The notes: generated by a model not told the origin, from the sequence alone. Positions 37,751-51,948 are shown, counted from the first letter of the stretch. The stretch is DNA of 64,000 nt from Carcharhinus amblyrhynchos (GCA_965287045.1 OZ336891.1:23250001-23314000); one strand, 5' to 3'. A program made the numbers and translations.

Positions 37751-38917
37751 ATACCGGCAAGCTTAGCCCTTCAAATAACACCACTACAAGGTCCATCTAC
37801 AACTCAATGCTTGATTGTTTGTCAGTGTTGTGCAAATTCACTGACTGGAATTTCATGGCCCCAATTTGGTAAATGGGCATCACCACAGCCAATGGGCTGG
37901 TTCTATGTGGTGAAAGGACATAACAGTTGCTTCCAGTGTTCACAGATGATTCCCACATGTGTCCTACAGTTTTATATATATACACGCACACGCACACGCA
38001 CACACGCAGTGCGCAGTCTCCAATGGCACCACTGCGCACTGGGCCAAATTTGACAGCTGAAGGTCTGAAACAGCCTGCCATCAGCTGAAGAAGTGGAAGT
38101 GAAGGATGGGCTCACTCTTCAAGAAGATATCACACGATATAAAGGGAAACTGGTGTGATCCGACTGTAATTGTTGTACAATTCTCGCATTTGTGCAAAGT
38201 AGATGTTTTTTAAAGTATACATCATTCAATACAACACAGAGAAAAATGGCTCTTCTTGTGCTAAATTGTCTGTTTTTTGTGACTATATCTAATTTTTCAC
38301 CAGTAATATGGACCAACAGGCTGATATCAAAATCTGTCAAAAAATGAGCGCTTGGTTAACTGTGAGGAAATATTTAAGGCAATATTGATGGCATCCATAT
38401 ATATACATGGTAAATACAACACAATGTAGATAAACAGGAAATGGCAAATTTTGGGTGAAAAGCATTTGGGAATAGAAATATAATTGAAATAGTAACATCC
38501 TCCTTGGGTTGAATAAAGACATCAGGGGGAATTGAAAGTGAGAAATACCATAAAAGTGTCAGTTTGAGTTAAACATAGCTTCTTGCCTCTGAATCACAAG
38601 GTCACTCTCGTCTCTGAACAGATCAGAAGTCCATATAATAATGTCACAGAGTATTTTACATTTCCCTCAGCAAACAAACCAGGCTTCAATTTAATAGCTT
38701 ACTGAAAAGAAATCAGCTCCAGCAATACAGCAATCCCACAAAACTATACCTGAACTGCCAGCCTTAAGGAAATGCTTACATTCTGAGTGGGTGCCTGAAT
38801 CCATAATAAATACATTTTCATAATACTCGCAACACAGAAACAAACACTTTGTCCCAAGTAACTCTTGATGTTGCTTATCTCCATAAGAAGTCATCTTCAT
38901 CACATGTACCCACTCTA

Positions 38918-39158
38918 AGTCTGAGGTCACATACCAACCAACTCAAGTACAGCTTCTTCCCTGCTGCCATCAGTGTTGAATGCACCTACCTTGCATTAAA
39001 TTGATCTTTCCCTGCACCCTAGCCATGATTGTCACACTACATTCTTTATTCTCTCATTTCCTTCTTTATGAACGTTATGCTTTGTCTGCATAGCGCGCAC
39101 GAAACAATACTTTTCTCTGTATGTGAATACATGTGACAATAACAAATCAAATCAAATC
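38918..39158 (+). mobile_element. Rex1/Babar-type LINE 3' end
   Basis: agcttcttccctgctgccatcag...tacatgtgacaataacaaatcaaatcaaatc. Confidence 0.85.
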
Positions 39159-40030
39159 TATCCCCTTATTCTTTACTTCCTCTTTCCTTTAACCACCTCC
39201 TATGCTTAAGAGTTGACATGACCTCTGTGCATGCCATAGGTTCACAAGGCTCTGTAAAAATGTTTCCCATTCTGAATCTCAAATCTCTTGCACTTATTTT
39301 AATCCATTTGATGCTGCTTAATCACTGGAAACAATTCATTAAAATTCTCAACCTGCCATGCTGGTATTTGAACTCACTTTCTACCAGATGACAAGTCCAA
39401 CAATATAATCTACTGGATGATGAGTACTACATTATTGTATACCCATTAGGACCCATCGAGAAACTCCTTGGACCTGCTATGCTCAGGATTACTTTGTCTA
39501 CATGCAGCATAACTTGGGGTATGAAAATGTCTCATTTTCCTTATGTGAACAGTAATTATTTCATATATGAGCTTTGATTTTACACAGACCACTGCCAGAA
39601 CTGATTATTGCTACTTAGTGTTTTTGGATGGTATTTATGCTAGGCATTATATGAATTCGGTTCAGATCATGTCTGCTGAAGTAAGCACAATTCAAGCTGT
39701 GGTCTGATACTTGAGTAGTATTCAAGTTCAAATAACAGTATACAATATTAATATTGGACATTTTAATGCATATGTACAAAATTCCTCTGTCTGCTGCCTT
39801 AAATAAGGCATTAATCAGTCTAACCGAATAGGTTTTTGTGATAAGAAGGAAACTGCTTACAGATATGTTAAAGTTTTTGTATTCTATCATGCGGTGCAAT
39901 TTCAGCCCCATTGTGTCAATTCTGATGCCGTAGTTACAGCCAAACAAGCCAAAAGCCAATGAACACCAAACTGTTTTGAAACCATGTCCTGCACTGGAAT
40001 AGATCAATGCCAACATACGTATAAGACATT

Positions 40031-41157
40031 GGGCGGAATTCTCCATTATTGAAACTATGTGTGGTCGTGGGTGGCTCTGGTGCCACATTCTGTTCTTGGA
40101 ACCTCATTAATTATGCACAGCCACTTGGAGGGCTGGCAGCTGATTCATCCACCTGCCATCAGCAGGTCCAACACCATATACATATACAGGTCCAACTCAC
40201 TCATATCACCCTCTCCAGCCCACCACCAGGCCATGTAGGATGTCAGCAATATAGAAGAAAAAGGCTAGCAGGCTTAAGAAGAAGCCTCTTCCTCAATTCA
40301 ACCATCCTCCTCCCAAGTTCATCACCTTCAAGGTACTATGCTCCACTTGGACCTCCATCCACCACATTTGAAGTTTGTGTGTATCCCCCTTCTAGTAAAC
40401 GATATTGAATCCCTTGCTTGTGAACTTCTCATGCAGCCTTGTCAAGGTCCAGCTTCCCTCCCCTCAGTCTTCCCTCTGCTTCCGTTGGTCATCTTTTTCA
40501 TCCACCTCTTTGCCCCTCTGCTTGCCAATGTGAACCCACAGCCTTGCCCCATTCTTTATGCAGCTCTCCTTCCACATTGTCCCTCTTTTCAGGCCACACC
40601 ACCTGGGATAGACACTGGTACGTGGCACTGGGGAGAATGAGACCCCTGTACTCATCAAAGGCACAGTACTGATTTGAGTCAGTGACACAGGAGGATCCAT
40701 GGGTCCAACAGGACGGTGCTGTCCATGAAGACCAGCTCAGCTTGGGGATGAAGGGCAGGAACCAGTGTGGTGTACAGTGCATTAGGAGCAATGCAGCACC
40801 ATGGCAGTGCTGCAATCACCTCACAGTCTCTTGCAAACTGAGGACTGTCTTGTGCACGCCACTCTTTATCAAACAGGTTTTAGACTGACATAATTTCATG
40901 TTGATGTGATGCAAGATTGAAAGGCCTGACAGGACACCAGCAGGCAGCTGGTTTAATGAGCATTCATGAGATGCAAATGAATGCAAATGGTGTTCATGTC
41001 ACCTGCCAGCAGGAAAACAACCCATCATTAACCCACGATTGGGTGAATTGCAATGTGATTTTAAGCCAGTGGGTTTCCGACATTTTCGTTCCCAATCGAT
41101 TCTCTGCTGATGCCTATTACCAAACCCATCTGGGGTGGGATGGGAAAATTCTGCTCA
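40031..41157. mobile_element. Non-autonomous Harbinger-type element
   Basis: TIRs gggcggaattctcc / gggaaaattctgctc; degraded interior. Confidence 0.6.
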
Positions 41158-42428
41158 GTGAATCTGAGGACAGTAGACCATTTATAAAAATAATTAATGT
41201 ATGGTTAGATTGTTTCAGTTCCCTCCAAAACTGAGGCAAGAATATGTGCAAGTTTGCATGTGATGCATAATGATGCTTGGGTTCCTTTAAATACAGTGAT
41301 ATATTTTAATATTTATTGGAAACATTTATACATTATACAAAAAAAGGCCCATACCAGATCTCAAACAGAATCACAAGAATACATTAATACTTTAATCACT
41401 TCATTAAGATCTTCATTATTTCTTGAAAGCTACCAACGGAACATTTGCTCACTACTAAAACATGTGTTCCTAACAACAGGGCTGTAATTACAATTCTCAT
41501 CAATAAATCAAAGGAAGTTATTCTGCACAATCACAGGAAGAATATCATTCACCAAGCCCTGCTCGGGGATATTCAGTAAAGGACATAAACTTCAAAATGA
41601 AACTCAGAAACCTCTATAAAAGAAAATCCCGCACATCCCCCTATTTTCCACTTTGGAAATTCCCTAGGATATTTTGTTATACGCAGGTGGCATAATAGAT
41701 GTTGCATCCTAGGTGCAGAGATACAGAAAGTCTTAGGATTTGCATAGACATGGAACACGTCCCCATCACCTCTGACAGGCCCATTGTCATTTTACACTCA
41801 ACTGAGCATTGATTGGCAGCAGGCAGGACTTCTGACTGCCCTTGCATGGAGGTCTCACCTTGGCTGATCAGCCCCTGGCAGAACCTAAGCTGAGCATCAA
41901 TGAGCAGGTTATTGCTAAGTAAGTGCCACTTGATCCCATTGTTGATGACCCCATCCATCACATACTGATGATTGAGAGTTGACTGATGTGACAGTAATTA
42001 GCTGAGTTTGAGTTCTCCTGCTATTTTATGTATAGGACTAATCTGGGTAATTTTCCACATTGCCAGGTCAATGCCAGTGTTGTACGTGCACTGGAACAGC
42101 TTGGCTAGGGACATGGTAAGTTCTGGAACACAAGTTTTCAATACTATTGCCGGAAGCCATAGCCTTTGCAGCATCCAGTGAATTTCTTCAATACCTTGCT
42201 ATCTTACACAGTGGATCGAATTGGCTGAACACTGACATCTGCAATGCTGGCTACCTCAGGAAAAGGCCGAGATATATCATCCGTTTGGCTGAAGATTGTT
42301 GCAAATGCTTCAACTTTATCTTTTGTGGTGGTGTGTTGGGCTCCCTCATCACTGAAGATACAATATCAGTAGAGCCTCCTCTTCCAGTAAGTTGCTTAAT
42401 TGTCCACCATCATTCATAGCTAAGTGTG

Positions 42429-42733
42429 GCAGGCACGATGGCACAGTGGTTAGCACTGCTGCCTCACAGAGCCAGGGACCCAGATTCAATTACCGGCCTG
42501 GGTCACTGGCTATGCAGAGCCTGCATGTTTTTCTTGAGTCTGCATGGGTTTCCTTCCACAGTCCAAAGGTGTGCTGGTTAAGTGCATTGGCCATACTAAA
42601 TTGCCTCTTCATGTCATGGGGATTAGGAGGTTAAATACATATGGTTACGGGGATAGGGCCTGGGTAGGATTGTTGTTGGTGCAGACTCGAAGGGCAGAAT
42701 GGTCTCCTTCTATTGGAATTTTATGATTCTATG
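42429..42733 (+). mobile_element. HE1-like SINE, tail A (inside the LINE)
   Basis: Head, core and tail ending atgattctatga. Confidence 0.9.
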
Positions 42734-43847
42734 ACTGAAGAGCTTAGATTTGATCCATTGGTTGTGGGATCACTTAGCTCTGTCTATTTCTTGCTGCTTT
42801 CACTGTTTGGTAAGCAATTAGTCCTGTTTTGTAGCCATACTGGGTTGAAAGATCTTTTTTATATATGCCTGGTGCTATTTTTAGCATGACCTTCATTTAG
42901 CATGACTTGGTGGTAATGGTAGAGTGGGGAATATGCCAGGCCATTAGATTACTGATTGTGTTTGAATACAATTCTGCTGCTGCTAATAACCACAACCCCT
43001 CATTGTTGTCCTACCTTGAGTTACAAGAGCTTACTTGAGATTCCAACGCCAGCATCTCCACAACTTGGGTTACTAGAACAGATCAAAATCCATTGCATTT
43101 AGCACAGTGGTAGTTCCAAAAACTATCTTTAATGTGAAGATGGGACTTTGTCTCCACAATAACTGCAGTGATCACTTCTACCAATACTGTAATGGACTGA
43201 TGCATCTGTGGCTGGCTGTTTGGTAAGGATGAGGTCAAGCATGCTTTTTCTTTTTGTTGGTTCCCTCACTACTTGCCACCGACCCAGTCTAGCAGCTATG
43301 TCCTTTAGGCCTTGGTCAGATTGGTCTGCAGTGGTGCTACTAAGCCAGTGCTAGTGATGGATATTGAAGTCTTCTCAGAGTACATTCTGCACCCTTGCCA
43401 TTCTCAGTGTTTCCTCCAAGTGATGTTCAACATGGAGGAACACTGATTCATCATCTGAGATGATAGAGGTGGAGAAGAAGGGTGGTGGATATATGGTAAT
43501 CAGCCCGAGATTTCCCCAACCATATTTGACTTGATTCTTCATGGGGTCTGTAGCCAACTTTGAGAATTCTCAAAGCAACTCTGTCCTGACTGTATATCAC
43601 TGTGCCACCACCACTAGAGAGACAGGACATGCCCATGAATGGTGACAGTGATGACATGGACATTATCTCAAAGTAATGATTCCCTAAGTATGACTATGTC
43701 AGGCTGTGGCTTGACTAGCCTGTGAAACAGCTCTCCCAGTTTTGGCATAACCACCCCCCCCTCCCCCAGTGTTAGTAAGGAGGACTTTGCAGGGTTGACA
43801 GGGCTGAGTTTGCCTTTGCCTTTTTTGGTGCCTAGGTCAATGCCAAG

Positions 43848-44148
43848 AGGATGGCACAGTGACACAGTAGTTAACACTGCTGCCTTCCAGAGCCAGGAAC
43901 CTAGGTTCGATTCCAACCTTGGGTGATGTGCGGAATTTACATGTTTTCCTCGTGTGGGTTTCCTTCGAGCGCTCCGGTTTCCTCCCACAGTCTGACAGAC
44001 ATGCTGATTCGATGCATTGGCCATGCTAAACTCTCCCTCAGTGTACCGAATAGGCGCCGGAGTGTGGCAACTAGAGGATTTTCACAGTAACTTCATTACA
44101 CTGTTAATGCAAATCTACTTGTGAATAGTAAATAAACTTAAAAAAAAA
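43848..44148 (+). mobile_element. HE1-like SINE, tail B
   Basis: ggttcgattcc; tail ggattttcacagtaacttcattac...ctacttgtgaatagtaaataaac. Confidence 0.9.
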
Positions 44149-44189
44149 TTCAGAAGCGCTTAATACAGATTCAATTCCTTACTGAATTT

Positions 44190-44380
44190 ATGGAACCATC
44201 GAATCCTTAACAGTGCAGAAGGATGCCATTCACCAATTGAGGCTGTACCAACTCTCTGACAGAGTATCTTACCCAGGCCCTCTCCCCACCCCTATCCCCG
44301 TAACCCCACACACTTACTATGCATCTAACCTAACATTTTGTGATACAAAGGGGCAATTTAGCTTGGCCAATCCACCTAAT
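44190..44380 (-). mobile_element. HE1-like SINE 3' fragment, tail A
   Basis: gaatccttaacagtgcagaagg...ggggcaatttagcttggccaatccacctaa. Confidence 0.8.
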
Positions 44381-44941
44381 TTTCCAGCAGCTTGATACAA
44401 CAGAATGACTTGCTGGGCCATTTCAGAGAGCACTTAAGAGTCAATCACATTAGGGTGATAAGAAGGGGCCACATCTGTGGAGTGTCCATGTTTGTTTTCA
44501 AGGAATTTGCTTAAATCTGCAGAAATCCAATTTTGCCCGACCAAATTTAAAAAAAACACAGAACTGGGCTTTCATTTTTTGGTGTTGAGAATTTACTTTG
44601 ATGTTCTTGGAATTTCTAAAATTGATGTCCATCCATTCTGCAAAACTCCTAAAACTCGATGCATCGAGTGACACACAGAGTTGGGTTAGAATTTCCCACT
44701 TGCTCTCCAGTGTGCTGTTCAGTGGAAAAACAGGAAAAGAACAAGAACCAACCCACATCAAAAGAGGGAAGCCCATAAAAGTGGAGAGGGGCAATTCTAA
44801 CTGATCTGATATGTCTCAAAAGAGGTGATATCAAAACAGTATTGGTGGAGATTCAGAGCAACATATGCATACACAATCTTCGCAAGGTGTGGCAGGTGGC
44901 GCAGGGATAACTGGGCAAGGGGTAAGATTCCTGATAACTAG

Positions 44942-45151
44942 GGGCAAGATTCTTCGGCCACAGAGTCATATGTTTCCCACTGGCAGGAGATGACATGTTG
45001 TTTGCTAGCAGCGGGATTCTCTGGTCCCACCTTTGTCAATTGGAACACCAGTTAACATCACCCCACACCAGCGAGAAACCTGCAGACAGGGGTGCCCTGC
45101 CAGCGGGATCAGAGAATCTGTCTGGCGTGAATGGCCAGAGAATTCCAGCCC
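44942..45151. mobile_element. Harbinger-type MITE
   Basis: TIRs gggcaagattcttcggcc / ggccagagaattccagccc. Confidence 0.65.
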
Positions 45152-45985
45152 AGGCATTCCAACCTCACAAAACGGAAGGAGAATTACCAAAATGCCACGA
45201 TACACAAAACGGCATTTTTCTCACGCTTACATAAATGAAAACATAAATCTAATTGTGACACATCCATACAACAAAATATAATAAATATCTATTACCGCAC
45301 AAATAGTGAAAAGAATCGCCGAGAGTGCCTCAGTTTAAAGGCTGATGGTTGCCCTTTTCAGAAAAGCATTTCAGTCTTCATTTGCGGTGAAAGAGATACC
45401 ATTTTCATTGCAATGGCATAGATATATATATAAAGCTTCTCTAACAATTTTCAGAGGTAATTGTGCTCCTTGGACAAAGGTTATATTATGATTATCGTTC
45501 TTTCCTGTTTATGATCTCCATGAATAGCAATGATGGACAGCAAAACCCACAAAAAAAGGAAATAGTTTGTAAATTGCTTGAAACCTGGAGACTGAGAAAA
45601 ACCACAGACAAGTGCAGCAACACATTAGTACATGCACCACACGATAGTGTGGATAGGATATTTCATCTTGAGAATAATTATGGATTTTATTTCTTGTCAT
45701 TTAATGGGCAATTTGGGTCAATGACCTCAGGGTTTGGGTGCATCATTCAGACTTTATTAACATCTGGTTAATGAAGAATAAATCAAATCTCATTCTCATT
45801 CTTACCCATTCTCCTTAGGATGGGTCAAGGTTTTATGGAAGCAAGGGTGAGAGTATGGTTAAGAACCACTGCCACTTCAACCTTGCGTATGGGAGAAAAC
45901 CTCCACAATTGTGTGTCTTATAATTTAATACTAAATTGGTGCTAACTCATCAGCTTCCCACTTCTGCTTGCAATGTGGTGAGAAG

Positions 45986-46275
45986 GGATGGCACAGTGGT
46001 TAGTGCTGTTGCCTCACAGTGCCAGAGACCCGGGTGACTGTCTGTGTGGAGTTTGCATGTTCTCCCCTTATTTGCTTGGGTTTCCTCCGGACGGTCTGGT
46101 TTCCTCCAACAATCCAAAAATGTATGGGTTAGGTTGATTGGCCAGGCTAAATTGCTTCTTATCTTCAGGGGGATTAGGAGGATAAATGTGGAATTATGGG
46201 GATAGGGTCAGGGTGGGATTGTTGTCAGTGCAGGCTCGATGAGCCGAATGGACTCCTTCTGAACTGGGATTCTAA
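45986..46275 (+). mobile_element. HE1-like SINE, tail A
   Basis: Head (partly deleted), core and tail A. Confidence 0.9.
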
Positions 46276-46356
46276 GGCCCTGAAAAGTAATGGAGTCGGA
46301 TTATTACACCTGGTTGGGAAGATGAGTGACCAATCCATTCAGAAGTGATAGCGGTG

Positions 46357-46452
46357 ACAAAAACAGAAAATGCTGGAAAGCCTCAACAGTTCTGACAACA
46401 TCTGTGGAGAGAGAACAGAGCCAACATTTAGAATCGGAATAACACTTCATTA
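46357..46452 (-). mobile_element. Penelope-associated short element, family 2 (degraded)
   Basis: acaaaaacagaaaatgctgg...tctgtggagagagaacagagccaacattt; homologous to 56092-56212. Confidence 0.65.
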
Positions 46453-46569
46453 TAGTGGAGATGTTTGATCAGTTTTAATTGCAGGGCCTCATTAGTATGC
46501 CATTGGCTAAATTCCTGTTTGAAACAGCTGGGGACGTCAACTGGAAGAGGCTGCCTAGCAATTAAAATC

Positions 46570-47451
46570 AAATGTTTTACAGAAACTGATCCTGGCAGAA
46601 GTCGTTTCCATTCTCACAGAGACAAATAACATTTTAAAGAGATCAATTTCCGGGTGATCAGAAAGAACTGAAGGGCAAGAATTCATGTTTTTAAGACTTT
46701 TACTGTGAGAAACAAACTACAATCAGCATAAACCAAACATTACTTAACAGGTAATTAATATATCAAACTAAAGAAGATACTTCCACATTTATTTAACACA
46801 GTCAAAATGTGCATTACAACCCCTTTCACTGTGTGCTATTCTCCTTATTTCTTCAGAAGGAACTCTTCAAAATGCAGCTAATGGAAATACAATAAAACTT
46901 ACCCCAACTTATAAATCAGCAAAAGTGTTTAATAAAGAATCATTATTACTCCAAACTTGAGGCCTCGCCCTGGGCCACTCCAAGCTCTCCACAATTCTAC
47001 ATAATTCCTTATTTATAGTGATTCAGCTGGTCAGCTATTACATCACTCTGTAATTGGTTCCATGGTTTACTGTGTCAGCTGACCCTTACATCTTGTTCCC
47101 ATTGGTCACATTATATCCAACACAAAGTTGTTACTGGTTACAATCTAACATGTAACATTACATGCCCATGCCCAAGATAATTCCCAGCTCTCCAGCAAGC
47201 AAAGTTCTCCCTTCAAAGATGGCCTTCAGAAATCATTCCATTCAGCCCAAGTTTTCCAGATCCAATCTTCACCAGCAAGGCCCATCTCACTGAGTGCTGT
47301 TCCTTAAATTTCAAAAAAAACCCCTTTGATTCTGTTCCCTTCATTTCAAACAGAAAATAAAGCCTCATTAAACATCGTGCTTGGTTGTTAACACAAAATA
47401 CTCCTTTTCTGCTTCTCAAAGCAGCAGCTGCTTTCTCTCTCTCTCTCTTTT

Positions 47452-47482
<31 letters not shown>

Positions 47483-47729
47483 CTCTATCAGTATATTCTT
47501 TGTCTCTCTGTATATCTCAAAATACAACTGTCCCTTTTCTGTCAGATATTGTGTAAAGGTGTCAAAACTGTCACTTGCTACTTCAATTGGTTTCTGTTCT
47601 CTCTCCATGGCAACCAGATCACAGGGGCATGTCTCTGAGCAGAGGTGCTCACAAAACTCTCAATTTTCCTTTCGGTTAAAGAGGACATTTTAAAATATAA
47701 CTGTGCTGTAAAGTCCTGCATTCATAACA
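46570..47729 (-). mobile_element. Probable solo LTR containing a (CT)n tract
   Basis: Minus strand begins TGTTATGAA and carries tataaa and aataaa motifs. No TSD confirmed; the left boundary is uncertain. Confidence 0.4.
47433..47486. repeat. Imperfect (CT)n microsatellite
   Basis: Directly visible. Confidence 0.9.
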
Positions 47730-48989
47730 GTGGCATCAGAGGTGTTGGGCAGGGAATCATTGATGGGGGATGGATGAAAAGCCCAGGGTAGGGGATGGTC
47801 AAAGTGTACTAGTGAGGCACATTAGCTACTTTGACTATGCACAGAAAATACTCAGAACGGTTCAAAATGCACAATTTTCTGGGTTTGTTCCAGCAATGGC
47901 ATTGTTTCCCAATAGCTTTGACCTGGTCTGGAGAGAACAACTACTTCCTGCTCACTCATCACGTAAACATAACATTTGTGGCTCAGTGGAGGCCAATCTG
48001 AAGCACCCTGACGGCTTCTGGGAGGTATCTTAGCCATGTAAAATTGCAGTTGGGCAGGATGTAGCAGGAAGAGTGAATAATGCTTCTGTTGCCTTACTTC
48101 CCTGTCTAGTTTCCACCACATGAGTAGGAGGGAGGGTGAAAACCAACACTGTTATTTCTCAACCGCAAGCACAATTCTTTGACTCATTATTCTGTGCTTT
48201 CAAAAATAACAATGTTTATGGAGATTTCTTTTATTTTAGAAGAAATGGCACTTAAATTCCTGTGGACTCCAAATCCCTAAAGATTTAGATAAACTTTCCG
48301 GCAGATTTCCCCTTGACTGAGGTCATTTGTTATTGAAACATTTTCCATGTTCCACTCTCAAACGCACAGTATCGTCTCCACTTTTGAAGGCATTTCAAAA
48401 GCTGACCTCCTTATTAAAACATGTGTTTGAACATTCCTACTGAGTCTAAAATGTCAAACAGTCACCATAATGCCATTATGCTAAGGTTCGCAAACTGAAC
48501 CTGCCACACTCAACATGTGCACACATTGCTGTCAGGCAATGATTTTCAAATTAAGCTTGGTAACTAAAAGCCTTCGAGCCATGGCTACTGAACTTTGTCA
48601 ACAGACAAAATGAGAAATAAATTAAACTTGCGTGCAAGACAAAATTACTAGATAGTTTACCAAAGCTGGCCCATACAGTAGGCAACCAGAATATCTGTAA
48701 ATATTTAGCCACAGATATGAGTTCACCGAATAGATGTGAGTGCTGCCATTTCAAAAGATACAGGACGTAGCTCACACATTAACACCCAGGTAATATTAAT
48801 TTGCTTATTTGCATTCAATTCCTCTGTATTTTGAAATAAAGATTAATTTTACTTTCCTTCACATTCCAACACAGGAATGCAGCAGAAATTGGACAATTCA
48901 ATTAAATTGCTATTCTTTATTTATATGTTTCTTGCATTTTGTCGCATTGTATCAAATTGTTACCTTTAAATTGTTACATATTTTGAGAT

Positions 48990-49768
48990 TTGGTCAGATT
49001 TCCAACAATGACGGAACAGAGTACAGAAAGCAGATAGAGAATCTGGTGAACTGGTGCGATGACAATAATCTCTCCCTCAGTGTCAGTAAAATGAAGGAGG
49101 CAGTCATAGGCTTCAGGAAACATACTGGAGGACGTGTCCCCCTCTAAATCAATGGTGATGAAATGGAAATGGTCAAGAGCTTCAAGTGTTCAGATCACCA
49201 ACAATCTGTCCTGGTCCCTCCACGCCAACACTATCGTTCAGGAAGCCCACTAACGCCACTTCTACTTTCTCCGAAGGCTATGGGAATTCAGGATGTCCAC
49301 TATGATTCTCACCAATTTTTACTGATGCACCATAGAAATAATCCTTTCTGCATGTACTACAGCTCCTGCTCTGACCAAGACCACAAGCAACCACAAAGTG
49401 TTGTGTTTGTAGCCCAGTCCATCACACAAACCAGCCTCTGTTTACATTTCCTGCTTCTTTAGAAAAGCAGCCAGCATAATCAAGGAGCCCATGCATCCCT
49501 GACATTTTCTCTTCCACCTTCTTCCATCTAGAAAAGATACAAAAGTCTGAGACCGCATACTGAAGAACAGCTTCTTCCCTGCTGCCATCAGACTTTTGAA
49601 TGAACCTAATATATATTAAGCTGATCTTTACCCTATCTGTAACTACAACACTACATTCTGCACCCTATCCTTTCCTTCTCCCCATGTACATTTTGTCTGT
49701 GTACCGCACACAAGAAACAATACTTTTCACTGCACCCCAATACGTGAGACAATAATAATTCAAATCAA
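48990..49768 (+). mobile_element. Rex1/Babar-type LINE 3' fragment
   Basis: GQISNNDGTEYRKQIENLVNWCDDNNLSLSVSKMKE...SCSDQDHKQPQSVVFVAQSITQTSL; tail gacaataataattcaaatc. Confidence 0.9.
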
Positions 49769-49961
49769 AGAGGTCATTTTGTAATGCATCAAACAACATC
49801 AAGTCACATTTATATAGCACCATCAATGTAGTAAAACTTCCCATGTCACTTCACTGGAGTGTTTGGACAGTTAAGGATTGTTCGAAGTTTATTGAGTGAG
49901 ACGATAATGATTGTACACTTATGATAATACACTCAAAGAAATAAAGTACAAGATAAATAAT

Positions 49962-50452
49962 GGGGAGGAAATTCCAGCCTTTATCTGATGTATTCTTGAG
50001 AAAGCTGGGAATCCACAGTGCTGGGACCAAAACCTACTGCCAACCTCCTGCCCAAGGCCTGCATATTGCCATTTTTGAGCAAGTTTGGATTTAATAGGTA
50101 ATCCCATATAATGGGGACAATTTTCCCAAAACAAAACTAAATGGCCTCTGTCCCCACCAGCGAGGTCATCACGCCGGTTAATGGGGACCAGCTTTAATCC
50201 TCATTGCTGGGAACGTCTCCCGGTAGGGGCAGGGGGTTGAGTAAACTTCAACGATATCATCTCGGGCTCACGAAATAACATTGAAATTAAGATTTCAATA
50301 TGACAATCAGTCTCATGCTGATTTCTGACCTGAAGCTGGTTATGTCTTAAAAATGGCCTGGGAAAGTCGCAATCAGCTACCCACACTCCGCTCACATTTC
50401 CAAGCCCACTATGCTATTTGAGAAACGCAGCAGTGCGGAAAAATCAAGCCCA
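49962..50452. mobile_element. Harbinger-type non-autonomous element or nested MITEs
   Basis: TIR-like ggggaggaaattcc ... ggaaaaatcaagccc. Confidence 0.45.
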
Positions 50453-51084
50453 ATATCTAGCAGCCTATTCAGAGAAACATTTACTACATCCTATGTCCCA
50501 CACCTTAGAGCAGGGAGTCCAGCAAGGTGTGTACTGCTCTATATTACCTTTGTAAACATTGCCTTTGTACACACTGCAATTAATTTTAAATCCACATTAG
50601 CAATGCACAATCAATATTAGCTCTGTGATCACCTATAAAGATAATAAAAGTTTAGTGCAGCCTTCAGAAAGTTTAAACAATATTCTTGTACACCTTTACA
50701 TCTCATTCCTAAGAAATGTGTTCATGTTCATTGGATCTAATGTCAATAATATTGGTTTACCATTTCTAGCAAAGAAGCCACAAGTGTGATAATGCCTTAA
50801 TGTACACACAGCTTGCAGCTTATTAATGCTTGATTAATTGATCAGTTCTGTAACAGGAGTTAGATAAGATAATTGACTGAGGTCATTACACCATGATTAT
50901 AATATATTAATGTAAGACACTCATGCTGTATTACCACACTTTTTGTACGGTAAGGAAGGGATTCCCATAATGGGTTCAAGCCATTTTCACAGATAAATTC
51001 TAGGTTCCAATGGTAAATGTAGCATCAGCTGGGTGTCAATTGCAGAAAGATTTTAGTTAAGACTGCAGTTTTCCTAACCGGCTC

Positions 51085-51366
51085 AGTGACAGAGTAGTTA
51101 GTACTGCTGCCTCACTGATGCAAGGGATCCGAGTGCAATTCTGTCCTCGGGTGACTGTCTGTATGAAGTTTGCATGTTCTCTCTGCGTCTGCATAGGTTT
51201 CATCTGGGTGCTCCAGTTTCCTCCCACTGTCCAAAGGTAGATTAGTGGGATAACTGTGTTGGATTACAAGGATAGGACAGGGGATGGGCCTGGGTAAGAT
51301 GCTTTGTGGGAGAGTTGATGCAGAGTCAATGGACAGAATGGCCTCCTTCTGCACTGTAGTGATTCT
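51085..51366 (+). mobile_element. HE1-like SINE, tail A
   Basis: Head, core and gaatggcctccttctgcactgtagtgattct. Confidence 0.88.
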
Positions 51367-51780
51367 GCTCTCAAACACTGAATGAGCTAAAAATGGGATG
51401 TCTACTTTCAACGTTATGACATGGTATCTGCATAACATTATTATAAATCTTTAAAAGGTGTTTTAAAAGACCTCAACTTAAAAAAATAAATAAAACTGGA
51501 ACTTAAGATGGCTCTAAATCTACAAGAGATTTTTGTGGATTAAACCATCTTATTTCTCAAGAGACAAGGATGCTTCTCAAGATATTGAGTTATAGTAGTT
51601 TTGTCCAGGAGATAAACAAAACTCCATCGACACCTTCATTGTAAAAAAACACACATTTGCCTTGTTAAATCAAAAGGTTTTGGCCACCAAAAAACACCCA
51701 CAAGTCAGAGAAAAGATTAGACTGTTAATTATGTTACCATATTTCCTTATTTGGGATCATGATCCAACACTGTTTCAAAT

Positions 51781-51948
51781 GAAGAAGTCTCACAACACCA
51801 GGTTAAAGTTCAATAGGTTTATTTGGTAGCATGAGCTTTCGGAGCGCTGCTCCTTCACTCACCTGATGAACCTATTGGACTTTAACCTGGTGTTGTGATA
51901 CGTTTTACTGTGCCAAATCTAGTCCAATGCCGACATCTCCACACCATG
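51781..51948. mobile_element. Penelope-derived inverted-repeat element with two partial hammerhead motifs
   Basis: Inverted arms. Minus strand TGA-A-GGAGC-AGC-GCTCC-GAAA-GC-TC; plus strand cacCTGATGAa. Confidence 0.85.

Larger units (their letters stand above)
41870..44452 (-). mobile_element. Degraded LINE of the CR1/L2 group (clade unresolved): 5' region, endonuclease and start of RT, with SINE insertions
   Basis: Minus-strand LGELFHRLVKPQPDIVILRES (EN), GGGTVIY, DESVFLHVEHHLEE, MDGVINNGIKWHLLSNNLLIDAQLRF (pre-RT). Confidence 0.8.

Noticed and set aside
47213-47693. ORFs with ER-rich or SL-rich repeats
   Set aside because: Produced by the (CT)n microsatellite.
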